A stretch of DNA of 64,000 nucleotides, from NCBI RefSeq assembly GCF_009914755.1, contig NC_060933.1. The stretch is one strand, 5' to 3'. The notes beneath the pieces are model-generated. The model ran no database searches. It had not been told where the DNA came from and was given only the letters and a program-made list of their open reading frames with translations. The stretch's first letter is position 1. Every line of letters starts with the position of its first letter. Shown in pieces: positions 16,703 through 33,671 of this stretch. The translations under genes were made by a program, and so were the position numbers. This DNA is from the human T2T-CHM13v2.0 reference genome, Homo sapiens.

Positions 16703-17794
16703 CGTAAAACCAATGAAAATTTCTGCAAGAGAAATTACATCTTTTTTTCTCTAGGGATACATAAAGAAAATTGAGTCTAATAATTCTAGCATCCAGTTTT
16801 TAACATTAATTCAATAGCATAGGATTGATATGAAGTCAAAATTTACAGTTAGGTGTATATCAAATGAAAAACATAAACCTTTGTTTTCACATTAATTAAT
16901 TATGACCCATGGCACTAAATTTGTATGTATGTGAGTATTAAAATCTTGTTTGCTTTCTAATAACACAACAAAATTTTAATTCATTACACATTTGATGTAG
17001 GAATCTAGTTCTTACTATTAACAGCTACTCTTTCTGTGTACCCATATGACCTGGCATTGCCTTGGAGGCTTTAAAAATATTATCACTAAAACTCAACAGT
17101 CTCCATCATAGAGAAGAAGAAATTAAAGGCCTGCTAGCTTTTTTTAAAACAACTACTCAAGATCCCAGCACTGGAAAATGGCAGCAGTAGGATTAAAGAC
17201 ACTTAACTACAAAATGTCTGATCTTTAACATATGCTCCAATGTTTTCCTTTAACTATATAACATGGATCTTGAAACCCAGAATAAGTTTTGATAGAACAG
17301 ACAGCATTAATTCATATCATTCAAATTTCAGTACCACCATGAGGAGTTAAAAACAAATAAGCAAAAAATCTTAGAGAGGACACCAAATCTTGGAATGAGT
17401 ATTGAGTTTAGCAAAAAGTATAAGTTAACACATTCTAACTGGTTGAAATCAATATTAGGATAACCATGAAATCAAAGAAATATGAGAGAACCCAGTAAGT
17501 ACATTTCTGTGGAGCTACAAAAAGGCTTCTTACAGAAAAAAATGACATTACTGAGTTGTATGATCTTAGATTTAGTGATATGACCTCAGAGTTGACCTTG
17601 AAAGAACTGAGTTTCCTCATCTCAGAAAGGAGGTGGATTATGTCTTCTGATGCTTTCCCAAAATGATGTAGGATAATGATATAGTGTCTAAGATCAGTTC
17701 ATACAAGTGGTAAGGGTCACAAAATGTATTTTTGTTCAGTCCCATATCCAGCGGTGGATTGCTTATGACACCTCCCTGTCATGTGCTAGAGAGC

Positions 17795-18000
17795 ATTAAC
17801 TGTTGTAAATAAAAGCCTTAGATTCCAACCTCAGCTGTGTCCTAGTTATATGACTTTTGGGAAAACATTTAATATTTATGAATTTCAATTTTCTTAATTG
17901 TAAAAATGGAAAGGGTAATAACACTGACTACATAGGATACACTTCAAGGCTTAGCACTTTCCCTGAACCACAGTAAGCTCTGAAAAATTGTACCAATAAT
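17795..18000 (+). mobile_element. MIR
   Basis: gattccaacctcagctgtgtc..atgactttgggaaaacatttaat...caattttcttaattgtaaaaatgg matches the MIR core. Confidence 0.65.
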
Positions 18001-19887
18001 AATGATAACGATGACCATGAATGTGAGTTATTTGTGAACTTTTTACTTACCTGACTTTTCAGTATATTTCTTGCTGATTCTTTTGCTGTAAATTTCTTTT
18101 TTCAGATAAACTTAAACTACGTAGTATTCTTTATATTTTAATCTCTCCTGGCTAGCTCTTTCCCTTCTAAAGAATATATAATTATATTATTTACCCCATC
18201 ATTCTATTCATGAGTTACTATCCACCAGTCATTGCTAGCCTTCACAGATTTCAGCATTTACAGAAGGCCTTCCACAATTACTTTAAATAAAATGACTAAT
18301 TTTTCCAACATTTAATTCCAGGGAAGCCTTTTTTCTCGATTACTGTGCTCATAATTTGTACATAATTTCATCCTTTACTAAATGCATACTTTATTTTATA
18401 TCTCTCGTAGTATCACATATCATATTCTAATAATGCTGTTCTTAACTAACATTCACTGAATATTGCCTCATTTATGTTATTTTGTATGTGATGATATAAT
18501 GGACTAAACATAGAAAGGAGTAGTTAGCTTTTTTGAGTGAATTTGAGTTAAGAAAGCAAGGCAAAAGTTCTAGACGTTCAAGCAGTAGTGCTGGAAAGGG
18601 TACATTGAAAAGCAAAATCTCACCCGTCTTACTCCACTGAAGATATAAATGATTATTTTTTTCCTAAGAAGATTTATGAGAAAATCAAATTGACCTGAAT
18701 TTTATTTACATCTGAACAAGCCATACTAACAGCACCTTTAATTACATGAAAATAATTGAAAGGTATTTATATAATATCTGACAAATATCCAGTGTGCAGA
18801 TAGTTTGTCTAACCACCTAACATATTTTTGTCTTCACAGTTGCCTCTCCTAGCACAGTTATTAAAGAACTGTAAATGATAAATGATCATATCAGAATGAC
18901 TGATTGAAATAAATTGTTATGTTGAAAATAGTACCAATTCCAGAAAACTTGAAGTAGTTTGGGACTGATGACATTTGTATTTACTAGTTAAATTACTATA
19001 GAAACGAAGAAGAAATGATACAATTAATAGATATAAACATTTATTTTACTGTACTTATTCTCCCGTTTAAATGGTTAAAAAATAATAAGACATAATAATA
19101 AAAATAATAAGACATAAAATAAATGACCTCTCAAAAATATCTTGTAATTAGTCTGTTAGTTGGTCCTAGTTACTCTTTTCTCATGAATAGCTCAAATGAT
19201 GTCATATAAACTTAGAAAAACACACACAAAATAAGCTACCTATATGAAATTTAATGCTCAACAAATTGAAGTCAATAGAAATTTATCAAATTACAGCATA
19301 AAATCAAGATTGAGTGAATCAATTAATATCTTCATGCCCCAAAAGTAATCAAAACAACAAAGCTGTGTAGATTTAAATCATTAAATAAACAATAAAAATA
19401 CTTGTATTCATGTTGAACTTACAAAAATTTATTTCCAAAGTTTATGATTTTCATTGTTTCTTTTTATAGTGTATATATATATATATAAAACACACACACC
19501 TATATAGTGTGAACTCTGTATAAATATGTACTATTTGTGTACATACATTTATATAAAATGCATACTTATATATAATACACGTGAAATTGATATATAAAAC
19601 TATATAAATATTTATATATGTATTTGAATTATACTAAATTATACCAAATATATAATGATGTATGTAATCTTACTATGGTTGGCTTTAGTCATTTATTGAG
19701 TGTTTAGTTGAAGAATCTTTTTTTTTTTTAATTGGGGAAATAAAATGGAAGAAATTGGGGCAATTTTAATTGGAGGAAATGTGAAGGATTGAAAACAGAC
19801 ATAAAGTTGTGTAACGTAGTTTTTTATAATTAATATCTTGTCTTAATTATATTTGTGTCTATGTAAAATCCTCTATTTGAGATGGGA

Positions 19888-19940
19888 TTCAATAGATATT
19901 TATTGAGCATCTATTGTGTGTCCAGTACTATTCTAGAATA
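19888..19940 (-). mobile_element. L2 3' end fragment
   Basis: attcaatagatatttattgagcatctattgtgtgtccagtact. Confidence 0.6.
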
Positions 19941-20000
19941 TTTTAATGTATTATCATAATATTTTTAAAAAATATTAATGTATGAAATCTTTGAAGTACA

Positions 20001-20178
20001 GTTCAAGCGATCCTCCTGCCTCAGCTTCCCGAGTAGTTGGGATTACAGGCGCCTGCCACCATGCCCGGCTAATTTTTGTACTTTTAGTAGAGACAGGGTT
20101 TCACCAGGTTGGCGAGGCTGGTCTTGACCTCCTGATCTCAGGTGATCCACCTGCCTCTACCTCCCACTGCAACTGGCC
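20001..20178 (-). mobile_element. Partial AluS (3' part and tail missing, ~27-bp internal deletion)
   Basis: gttcaagcgatcctcctgcctcagc...ctcaggtgatccacctgcc. Ends ctccca|ctgcaactggcc, i.e. aagtgctgggattacaggcgtgagcca lost at a CCA microhomology. Confidence 0.9.
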
Positions 20179-20375
20179 AGAACTTTTATTTCCTGAGCCA
20201 TTTGAGAACTAAGTTTCTGACAGGATGCCTCATTACCTCCAAATACTTAGTCTGTATTTCAAAAAAACAAGGAAATTTTCCAACATAACACAATACAGAA
20301 AATCAGAACATTAACTGGATCACTATCTAATTTTCAGGCCCCATTCCATTTTTGCCAGTTATACCAATAGTGTTC
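20179..20375. mobile_element. Old L1MC4/5-like 3' region (host of the young L1; continues at ~23628-23860)
   Basis: ctgagccatttgagaactaagtt..caaatacttagtctgtatttc..aacaagga continues after the insertion as ataggaaatgttctaatccagaatcacaggttgcatttagtt. Confidence 0.65.
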
Positions 20376-23745
<3,370 letters not shown>

Positions 23746-23874
23746 TAACAGGCCCGTTTTTTGTTTGTTTGTTTGTTTTTAGAATATTCTTTATTCAAGA
23801 TTTCTCAGATTTTTTTTAATGATGACTTTAAGATTAGTTTAAGTTGGAACACCACAGAAATGTTGAGTTTTAAA

Positions 23875-24452
23875 AATTATTACTTTTGATGCAAAATAAT
23901 TGTACATTTTTATAGGGTGTTGTGTGATATTTTGCTATATTTATGCGATGTGTAATGACCAAATTTGGATAAGACCTCAAAAGTACAGGCAAAAAAGCCA
24001 AAATAGATTAATCAGTTGTATCAAACTAAAAGGTTTCTGCACAACGAAGGAAACAATCTACAGATTGAAGAGACAACCTGCAGAATAGGAAAAAATATTT
24101 GAAAAATATCGATTTGATAAGAGATTAATGTTCAGAATATACAAGGAACTCAACTCAACAGCAGAAGGAATAATCTGTTTTTAAAATAGGCAAATGATCT
24201 GAATAGACATTTCTCAAAGGAGGACATACAAATTACCAAGTATGTGTAGAAATGGTCAGTATCTCTAATTATCAGGAAAATGCAAATCAAAACCACAATG
24301 AGGTATCACTTCAGCCCAATTAGAAGTGGTATTATCAAAAAGATAAACAAATAATAAATACCAGTGTAATAATCATAAACTATTGGTGGGCATAGAAATT
24401 AGTAGCGAGCGCTATTACAAAAAGCATTATGGAAGTTTCTTAGAAAACTAAA
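23875..24452 (-). mobile_element. Old L1MA-like element with inversion
   Basis: 23875-23965 is an antisense L1MA 3' end (aataattgtacatttttatagggt..gtgtaatgaccaaat), joined to a sense ORF2 piece 23966-24452 (IKLKGFCTTKETI). Confidence 0.75.
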
Positions 24453-24479
24453 GGAAAAATAAATAAAATCTAAAAACTT

Positions 24480-24660
24480 ATTAAATCTTTATAGAAACTC
24501 TATTTATTATATTTTATTTCTTCACCCTATTTTAAGATGAGAAAATTAAGAGAGGTGCAGAATTTAAGTAACTTCCCCAAGGTCACAGATATATTAATTG
24601 TTAGGAGTAACAAAAACTGCTTGAATCTATTGTACAGAATCATATTTGCTAAGCTGTACT
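24480..24660 (-). mobile_element. MIR
   Basis: ccctattttaagatgagaaaattaag...aagtaacttccccaaggtcacag. Confidence 0.7.
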
Positions 24661-25839
24661 GCTTCCCTAAATCTTATTGCTGAATGATTAAAAGCCACAT
24701 TAATGGAAACGTGGTGGTTCTGAAGCTAGTAATAAATTATTTGGCTAAAGTTTTTGAATAACACTACTCAGGAGTGGAAATATGATATCTTTATAAATAC
24801 CATAGAATTCTAGTTTTATGAATTTCTAACAAACATAACCTGTAAAGAAGAATCTTTGAGCAGAAATGGTTGTAAATCTTAGGTTAATTAATCAAACTAA
24901 TTGCTTTTAATTGCCAAATTTCCAAACACAATTAAAATGCTAATACTCATTGAGAATCTCCACAAATACAGTGTTTTTCAAACTTGAAAAACATTTTGTT
25001 AATTTTTCTCATGAGTGTTAAATTCTGTGGAACATTTAAGAAAACATTGTTTTAGGGGACATTTTAATGATCCTGCATAGATTATGCCATTTGGTGCTGA
25101 ACTATATACTCAGGTAACGGACAAAAATTGACGTTTGTTAGGCCATAGCTAAAACAGTAGATCTAGGGAAGTGTACTGATTCAAATGCATTTCTAAGGAA
25201 AGAAAAATGCTGAAAAAGCAGAGTGAACTGAGAACATGGAAACAGAGCAAAAAGAGCAAGCCAAAAGAATCAATAAAATGTTGCAGAATTCTATTAAATT
25301 AGGACAAAATACAAAAGTAGAAAGTAGAATTTATGTTAAAATGTACTTCTTAAGGACTTAAAAACATAGAATTTGGAAATGCTGATTTACTAGAAAAAAA
25401 GAAACAGACTATGCAAATAAAATACACAATAAAAGACAAGAGAATTTAGATGTATAACATATGCTTTTAAATGTTAGTTTATAGATTTCAGGTTCTAGGT
25501 AGAATATAGGATAATATAGCAGCCTTTTGGTCCCTCTCCAAGAAGTAAAGATAAGTTACAAAGATCATAGCTTTAAAATCATCAGAGATCAATGGGAGCA
25601 CTGAAAACAAGATAATTAGAATTTCAGAAAGGCAGGAGTTGTTCTGAGATGGGCAAATAATTATTGGTAGTTTTCTGCCTTTAGGAAGTTGTTGATTCTA
25701 GGTGTAGACAGAGGATTTGGCTTGCACATTCACAGAGACTCTCTGAAGAAATAAAAGTCAGCAAGAATTTTGGTAGTTGCATGGAATTTGCCTGAAAGTT
25801 TTGGAAATTTGAGTGGCCACAGACGCATTTGTTTCTCCT

Positions 25840-26450
25840 TGTAGGAGCCAAGGGAGAACTTTCCTTTCACTCTCTGAGATTTGCTGAAAATCACTGAAGA
25901 GAGGCAGATTAATAGAAGAAAATGCATACAAATTTATTATTAATGTGTGCAAGGGAGCCTTCAAAATGAAAACTCAAAGATAGCTTAGGTTCAAGAAAGT
26001 AAGAACATCCTTATAGAAATATGACTGGACTAATGTTTATAATCTAGTGCTAATAGACTGAATGGGGAAACCCAACAAGGCCTACCTGTCTAGCGTCTTC
26101 TTAGCCTTCCTGAGCATGCCTTCCTTCCCTTTGGGTATGGGGCAGGACACTCTCTGGAATGAGAGTCCTATGGCCTATAGTCAAACAAGGTAGGTCAGAT
26201 CATTTCTTTATGTCCAGCTTTTACACAGAAAGGTGGAGGAAATTTGGAGTCATATTTTTTTGGTTTTATGGCTGGCTTTGGGGAAAAGGACTTCTGATTT
26301 CTGTGACCTGCATTGGGAAACAGGGATTCTAATTTCTGTTGCTAGAATCTGGCAGAATAGGACTGAGAGACAGAAGGGCAGGAGAAGGTTGGAGAAAAAC
26401 TTTTGCTTCTGAGGCCTTTATCTGGGGGTATTGCTTTCTGAGTCCCAACT
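25840..26450 (-). mobile_element. ERV1 MER4-group solo LTR
   Basis: tgtaggagccaagggagaactt...ggggtattgctttctgagtcccaac, flanked by a 4-bp TSD tcct (25836-25839, 26451-26454) as expected for ERV1. Confidence 0.8.
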
Positions 26451-26454
26451 TCCT

Positions 26455-27721
26455 CATCAGGTATTTGCTTAGAATGGGAGATATATATGGGTGTATGGGA
26501 AACTAGATTGAAGACTTTTAAAAGTTAAACCCAAATTTGCCAAAATTCTATAATACTTAGGAGACAATGTACTGATGAAAGGAAAGAGCTTCCTTAAACA
26601 TACAATTGATATCCCTCCTGCCAATTTATTTACCAAACCTTGAATCTTTGAAAGCCAGAAACTTAAAGAGCTTGTGTTAAATTTTTCAACACACAGAATG
26701 AAATATTTCACAGTCTTTTTGGTTGAAAATAAACAGAACACCAGACTCTCAATTAAGAGACCAGAAATAAACATTAATAAGACAGGGATGGATAGATTAA
26801 AACTTCAACCAAGCGCAAACCAGCTCAATCCTTGAGGGCCTTAGTTCTTACCTATCTCTGCCTAACAGAGAAAAAAAATAATATTTTCTGGTAGATATGA
26901 TCTGGACCACTTAAAGATATTAAGTGAAAGAAAAATAACCAGTTTAAAAATCAAGCATTATTGCATATACTTGAACATATTTTATTTTAAAACATATTCT
27001 AGTTTAAATGTTTTAAACATATTGAACATATTTTCAAACATATTGAACATATTCTATTTTAAAAATAAAATAGAAAATTAAGAAAAAATAAGAAAATTAT
27101 TTGACATATATTTTATATGGCTGACAAGGATTTAAAATAACTGTTAATGCAATAAAGGAAATAAAACCATCAACAAAATAGGTGAAATAATGGTAAATTT
27201 CAACAGAAATTGGAATCTGTAAGAAAGAATGAAATGATCACTTTTGAACTTAAAAAATTGGAGAGTAAAAATTTACTGAATGAATGTACAAGTTTTGTCA
27301 CAGTAGTACACAGGACTATTGAACTCAAAGGCCAGTCAACAGAATATATTACAAGTGAAACAAAGAGTAGATCAGAAAAACAAAGGCATAAATATCAAGC
27401 CCCAATTAAGTCCAGTGTGTGGAACTGGATCCCAGGAGGACAAGAAAGAGTATGGGAAAGATGAGAGGATATTATGTGAACCCATAATAACTGAGAAATT
27501 TCTAATATTACAAAATATGTCAGCTCACAGATTCAAGAAACTTAGTGAATCACAAACTGAGTAAATACAAATTTTTTTTTAAAGTCCACACACCTAAGCA
27601 CATCATCATCAGATAAAAGCACAGGAGAGACAGAAAGAGAAAATCACAAAAGCAGAGAAACAAACAAAGAAAAAAAAGACAGTTTTGGAAAAGAAAACAC
27701 AAGACCAATTGCCAGTTTTCT

Positions 27722-27754
<33 letters not shown>

Positions 27755-28194
27755 ACATATTTTAAAATGCTAAAAGGAAAAAAAAAAAAACATCAGTGTG
27801 TATTCTATACCCTAAAAACCTATTTTTAGGAAACAAACACAATCAGAAAATGTTTTAAGGCAATTTGTTCCTGCAAACACTCAGTAGAAGAATTACCAGT
27901 GTTGCTGGGTGTGGTGGCTTACACCTTTAATCCCAGCACTCTGGGAGGCTGAGGCGGGTGGATTGCTTGAGGCCAGAAGTTTGACACCAACCTGGCCAAC
28001 CCAGGCTGAAACCCCATCTCTACTAAAAATACAAAAATTAGCCAGGCGTGGTGGTGCCTGCCTGTAATCTCAGATACTTGGGAGGCTGAGGCAGTATAAT
28101 TGCTTGAACCCAGGAGGTGGAGGTTGCAGGGAGCTGAGATCACACCACTGCACTCTAGCCTGGGTGACAGAGAGAGACTCTGTCTCACACACAA

Positions 28195-28230
<36 letters not shown>

Positions 28231-30130
28231 TACTAGTGTTTTTGAAGGTGAAGGAAAGTAATCACAGAAGAAAACATCAATCTGAAGAAAGAAAAAACAA
28301 TGAAGAAGGATAAATATGGTGGTAAATACAAAATTACATTGACTGTTTACAACAAAAATAACAATTATTATTACTAATTTATAACACATCCAGAAGTAAA
28401 ATATAAAATCATAATTGTAAAAAGTTAGAGATGAATGAGATAAACTGCTGTGAAATCCTGTCCTTTTCAAGAGAGAGGATTGGTGGTGGACAATATAGTG
28501 AAAGAGGATATAGGATATAATCCTTAGGTTAAACACCAAAGCAATCATGTAAGAATATATAACTAAATATTAATAGAGGGCAAAACAGAATAAAAGCTAT
28601 GTTAATTAAGAAGATAGCAGGAGAGGAGAAATAAAAGAAAAAAGAACAAATGAACAAACAAAACCACAAACAATGAGATGATAGAATTAAATTCAATTAT
28701 ATCAGCAACTTCAGTAAATATAGTATGAATAATATAATTAAAAGATGGAAAAGCTTTAAAGTCTACAATAATTAACTTTAACTTAATTTTAAATTAATGA
28801 AAGCCCCCCAAATCTCTATTAAAAATTAACATGTTTAATACTCAAAGTATGGAGAAATAGCTAGATATACTCTGCATATTCATTATACACACACACACAC
28901 ACACACGGAATATTTGAATAAAGTAAAAGACATTCCTTGCTTTTGGATACAATGATTTATCTTAAAAGAGATTTATTCTCTTCAAATTGTCTCATAATTC
29001 AATGAATTCATATCGTCAAGAATATATTTTAAAGGAAAAGCTAAGTTAACCTTAAAAAAAAAAAAAAGAATAAAGAAGTTATACTTACTCTGGCCTGCTT
29101 TAAGACACACCTCAAAGCCACATTATCAAATAATCGCTCACCAAATATACAAATAAACTTAGGAAGCTGAATAAATATGATAACAATCAATGACGGAAAG
29201 TTAGATTTTTGTTTTTAGATGTTAGGAAAGTGGCATACTATATGGAGAAAAAAAACCCTAAATCTCCACCTATGCTAGAAGCAACACAGATTCTAAGTGA
29301 TTAAAACATAAATATTTAGGATTAACTATAAAATGCATAGAAGCAAATGGAACATACATTATTAATTGGCAAAGGATTTCTCTTTTAAAGCCTCAACCAT
29401 GAGGTATCTTAGACTGCATGGCCAAAAATTACTAACTTTAGTTTATCAAAATACAAGATTTCTGACCCACGAGATAACAGATAAAAAGAAAGAGAAAGGG
29501 TTTAACATTCAGTATACAGAAATAACTTTTGGTTAACAAGAGTACAATATTATACAACTCCAATGTAAAAGTGTAAATCATAAACTGGCAATTCAAAACC
29601 CCCAAAGTTACTACATATTTGACTAAATGTTCAAAATCATTGGTAATTGGATGAATTAAATGAAAATGGAAATTAGATATTTTAGAACTAGTACACGAGA
29701 AAAATAAAATCTGTGCACTGAGGTAGATATGGGAACATGAGGCCTTTTATATACCCCGGTAGTAGAATAAACTAAAGCAGCTACTCTAGAGAACTATTTG
29801 GCATTCCAGGATCCAATTAAGGAGGCACATACTCTGTGGCCTATCAATTTCACTTCTGTGTCTATATCCCAGAGAAATTATCACACAGATTCACAAGGGA
29901 ACATATATGAGAATGTTTATTGCAGTGGAATTCACAGTGGCACAAAATTGGAGGCTGCCTTATTGTTTTCTCCTAGGAGAATAAACAGGTAAACTGTTGG
30001 GAATGATCAAAAGAAAATGCATTGCAGCAACAGGAGCAACATATAAAAACTAATCATAACAATATGGATGATTTTAAAGACATAATGTTTAGTAAAAAGT
30101 CATAAAGAATGATGAACAATGTAATATTAT
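26455..30130 (+). mobile_element. Ancient, fragmented L1M (ORF1, ORF2 and 3' remnants)
   Basis: A-rich strand with L1-like motifs: cagattcaagaaacttagtgaatcacaa (ORF1), aagacattccttgcttttggata and aatgtttattgcagtg (ORF2/3'). Confidence 0.6.
27904..28230 (+). mobile_element. Full-length Alu with (AAT)n tail
   Basis: Dimeric Alu, TSD aattac(c/t)agtgtt at 27891-27903 and 28228-28240. Confidence 0.95.
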
Positions 30131-30385
30131 ATGCAAAAGTATATGTACACCAAACAACCATATGCATAATGCAGGAACTCACCTTTGTCCCCATCTAAAA
30201 AAAAAAGATGCTTATTAAATATATTATAATGGCTTCCTATGGAGAAGTGTGAGAGAATTGGGGGGAAATTGCAGTGAGTTGTGAGTATAAAATAAAAGCG
30301 AAACAGGCAGAGAATGGAACCTGGTGGGGTCAGGGGAAGAAATGGAACAATGAAAGGAAAGAAGAAAGGATAAAAGAAAAAATGG

Positions 30386-30594
30386 ACCAGGCTGGGTGAC
30401 ATAACAAAACTAATCTCTACTAAAAATACAAAAATTACCTGGGCATTGTGTGCATCTGTAGTCCCAGCTACTGGGGAGGTTGAGGTGGGAGGATCTCTTG
30501 AGCCCAGGAAGCTGAGGTTGCAGTGACCTAAGATAGCATCATTGCACTCCAGCCTAGTCGACAGAGTGAGATCCCATCTCAAAAAAGAAAAAAC
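30386..30594 (+). mobile_element. 5'-truncated AluJ
   Basis: ggtgggaggatctcttgagcccagga J-type right arm plus A tail. Confidence 0.88.
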
Positions 30595-30596
30595 AA

Positions 30597-30760
30597 GTGT
30601 GTATGTATATATATACATACACACACACACGTGTGTATGTGTATATATATACACATACATATACATATATATGTATATACACACGTGTGTATATATGTAT
30701 ATATGTATATATATGTATGTGTATATATATGTGTATATACATATATATACACACACACAT
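30597..30760. repeat. Compound (TA)/(CA)/(TG) alternating purine-pyrimidine tract
   Basis: Direct reading. Confidence 0.95.
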
Positions 30761-31300
30761 TGAAAGAAAAGAAAAGATGGGAGGACAGAAAGAAGAAAGG
30801 AAAGAAGGAAAAAATAGTCTCTGAGTTGTGTTCTATTAATGGAATATGACTGTACATGACATATACTTTATTAGTAAGACTAATAAAAATCAGGAAAAGA
30901 AAACGGTTTAAATACCATATTCCGTGTTTTAAATGCACAGATGATAGATATTAAACAACTATTATTCAGTCATGTCCCTTGATTAATTTTTAAAGTGAGA
31001 AGGTGCAGCATGCTAAAACTGTTCTCTGAAGTAAATTACTCTAGTACATTCATGAACAGATACCTAAATGAGATTTTTAAAAAAGAACATATTTATTAAA
31101 ATGAATACAACAGAAGCATTTTATTGCAGTGTCATTTTACCTTCATAACATAAACACATTATATATTGTAAAATCTTAAACATGCTTTTATTTGCCCTCT
31201 CTTAAAGACTCCCTCACCCATATTATCAGTCCAGTTTAACCTTTTTTTTTCTAATGCTTCAAAGTACTTTGAAAATTGATTATACATATGGGATCATTTA

Positions 31301-31724
31301 TGTCATACCCAACTAAATCAGAGTCCAGGGGTCAGGGGAAAAAGTAGTCAGGGCAGATAGCACCTGTTCCAATAATTAAATGCTTCACAAGCCCAGCTGC
31401 TGAAACAGTCTGCCGTAACTCTAAGACCAGTTTTACCTAGTAGCTGCTGAAACAACCTGCCATGACTCTGAGACTGGTTTTATCTACCATCATCACTCAC
31501 CAATCAGAGCTTGTTTGTTCCCCAAAGCTTCTCTAGTGCCAATAAGCTTTCATTTAAAACAATATGTAACATCTTTCTTTCTATTAAAGCCCCAACCTTC
31601 TCTTTGTTTTAGGGACATATTGAAGACCATCTGGTCTGTGTGTATGCCCTGAATTTAAATTATTTCTTCCTAAATAAAACATCAAATGTAGAGGCTTGTC
31701 TCTATATTTTATTTTGACTTTGAT
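31301..31724 (+). mobile_element. Solo ERV LTR (family unassigned) with internal ~48-bp tandem repeat
   Basis: TG start, CCAAT box near 31500, AATAAA near 31673, duplicated agctgctgaaaca..ctgcc...actct.agac..gtttta.cta. Confidence 0.6.
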
Positions 31725-33016
31725 AATATACAACATTGTTTTTCAAATTTATTTTTAAGTTGTTTCTTTACAAGTTAGAATATATATATATATTTCTAAT
31801 ATGTATCTATATATTCTATATATATATTACTTCTTTTAATGTAAGAATGATTTACTGAGTGGTGGTTAAAATACCCGACCAGTTCACTGAAATATAACTG
31901 AGAGTGTGGAGACATATTTTGTCACAAATAAATAAATAAGGAGGACACAGTCTCCCCTCTACTTTTGCCCAGAGCCTGTTATTTTCGAGGGCCCTCTTAA
32001 TGAGGCTAAGTGTAGCTACATAATAGGAACTGCGCTGATATTTGCTAACACTTTTGAGGGGAAATTCTGTTTCTACACACAGACATCACTTGCTACCAAG
32101 AATGAAAACATTTTTCTCAAAACAGTATCAGAGGCTTAATAACCTGTCACATCCTTAGGTGTGTTTACATATTCAGAATTGCTTACAATATTATTATGAT
32201 AAGAAAACAGATTGTTTATTTAAAAAATAAAAGATTATGCTTTGATTATTCTGAGTTTCATTTGTTCTAAATGTCTATATATAATATGTAGTACACATGT
32301 AAATTATCTATATATTGAATGACAGTAGTTAACTAAAATCTGGCTGTGGTAAAAAAAAAGTAAAATGATTAATTAAACTTCATAGTAGATGTATGTAAAT
32401 TTTTTAACAGTCAGAATAACCTGAGCTATTATAAAGTAATTAAAGAGATTTATACATGTATTTCGACTTGAATACATAGAGAGTGATTATTCTGTGTGTG
32501 TGTTTTTGAGTAATGCTCATTCATTCATTGATTTATTCATCTCTAATTTTTTTCTCCTGAAGAAACATAATTTCTGGGATTACATATGACATGAAATATT
32601 GAGTCATCTTCATGAATCATCCACACTACACTACCTGAAATGCATATTGTGTTTGTGCAAATGGTAATATCAAAAGTACCTATACCTAAGGTACTCAAGA
32701 AAACATACTTACAAATTTCTGAATCCATAAAATACCTTTTTGGTGAGATTTTCATATACGTATCCAAATATGAAAAGCCATAGATCATGACATTGCTGTT
32801 TATATTTACTATTAAGATATTTAGGTGAATAATTTATAACAAATAGGCTTACAAAAATGGCCATTTTTATGTCATTGGTCATTAAATAGAACATAATGCA
32901 ACACCAAGCAAAATATGAATATGTTTTTATTTATGAGATTTCTAAAACTTAGAATTGACCTCTAAGCCTTTATAGGTTTTACTAAAGCTTTAGAAAGTGT
33001 AAATATATTAATTGGG

Positions 33017-33068
33017 GTCAGGTGCCATGGATCATGCCTGTAATCCCATCACTTTGGGAGGCCAAGTC
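33017..33068 (+). mobile_element. Alu 5' stub (~50 bp)
   Basis: ggtcaggtgccatggatcatgcctgtaatcccatcactttgggaggccaag. Confidence 0.85.
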
Positions 33069-33082
33069 CGGCCTCCCAAAAT

Positions 33083-33083
33083 T

Positions 33084-33141
<58 letters not shown>

Positions 33142-33660
33142 GTGTATATATATATGTATATATATATTTGTATATATATACATACATTGTATATATATAC
33201 ATACAAACATATATTTGTATATATATATATTTGTATATATACATATATACAAATATATATTTTTGTGTATATACATATATACAAATATATATTTTTGTGT
33301 ATATACATATATACAAATATATATTTTTGTGTATATACATATATACAAATATATATTTTTGTGTATATACATATATACAAATATATAATTTTGTGTATAT
33401 ACATATATACAAATATATATATTTGTGTATATACATATATACAAATATATATTTGTATATATACATATATACAAATATATATATTTGTATATATACATAT
33501 ATACAAATATATATTTTTGTATATATACATATATACAAATATATATTTTTGTATATATACATATATACAAATATATATTTTTGTATATATACATATATAC
33601 AAATATATATTTTTGTATATATACAAATTTATACAAATATATAAAGAATATATATATTAA
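33083..33660. repeat. (TA)n followed by an AT-rich minisatellite, 32-bp unit, ~12 copies
   Basis: Unit acaaatatatatttttgtgtatatacatatat. acaaat recurs at 33249, 33281, 33313, 33345, 33377, 33409, 33441, 33471, 33503, 33535, 33567, 33599. Confidence 0.95.
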
Positions 33661-33671
33661 AAATAAATATC

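Noticed and set aside
27919-30938. 209-aa minus-strand ORFs and neighbours
   Set aside because: Antisense Alu plus simple repeats and T-rich L1 antisense.
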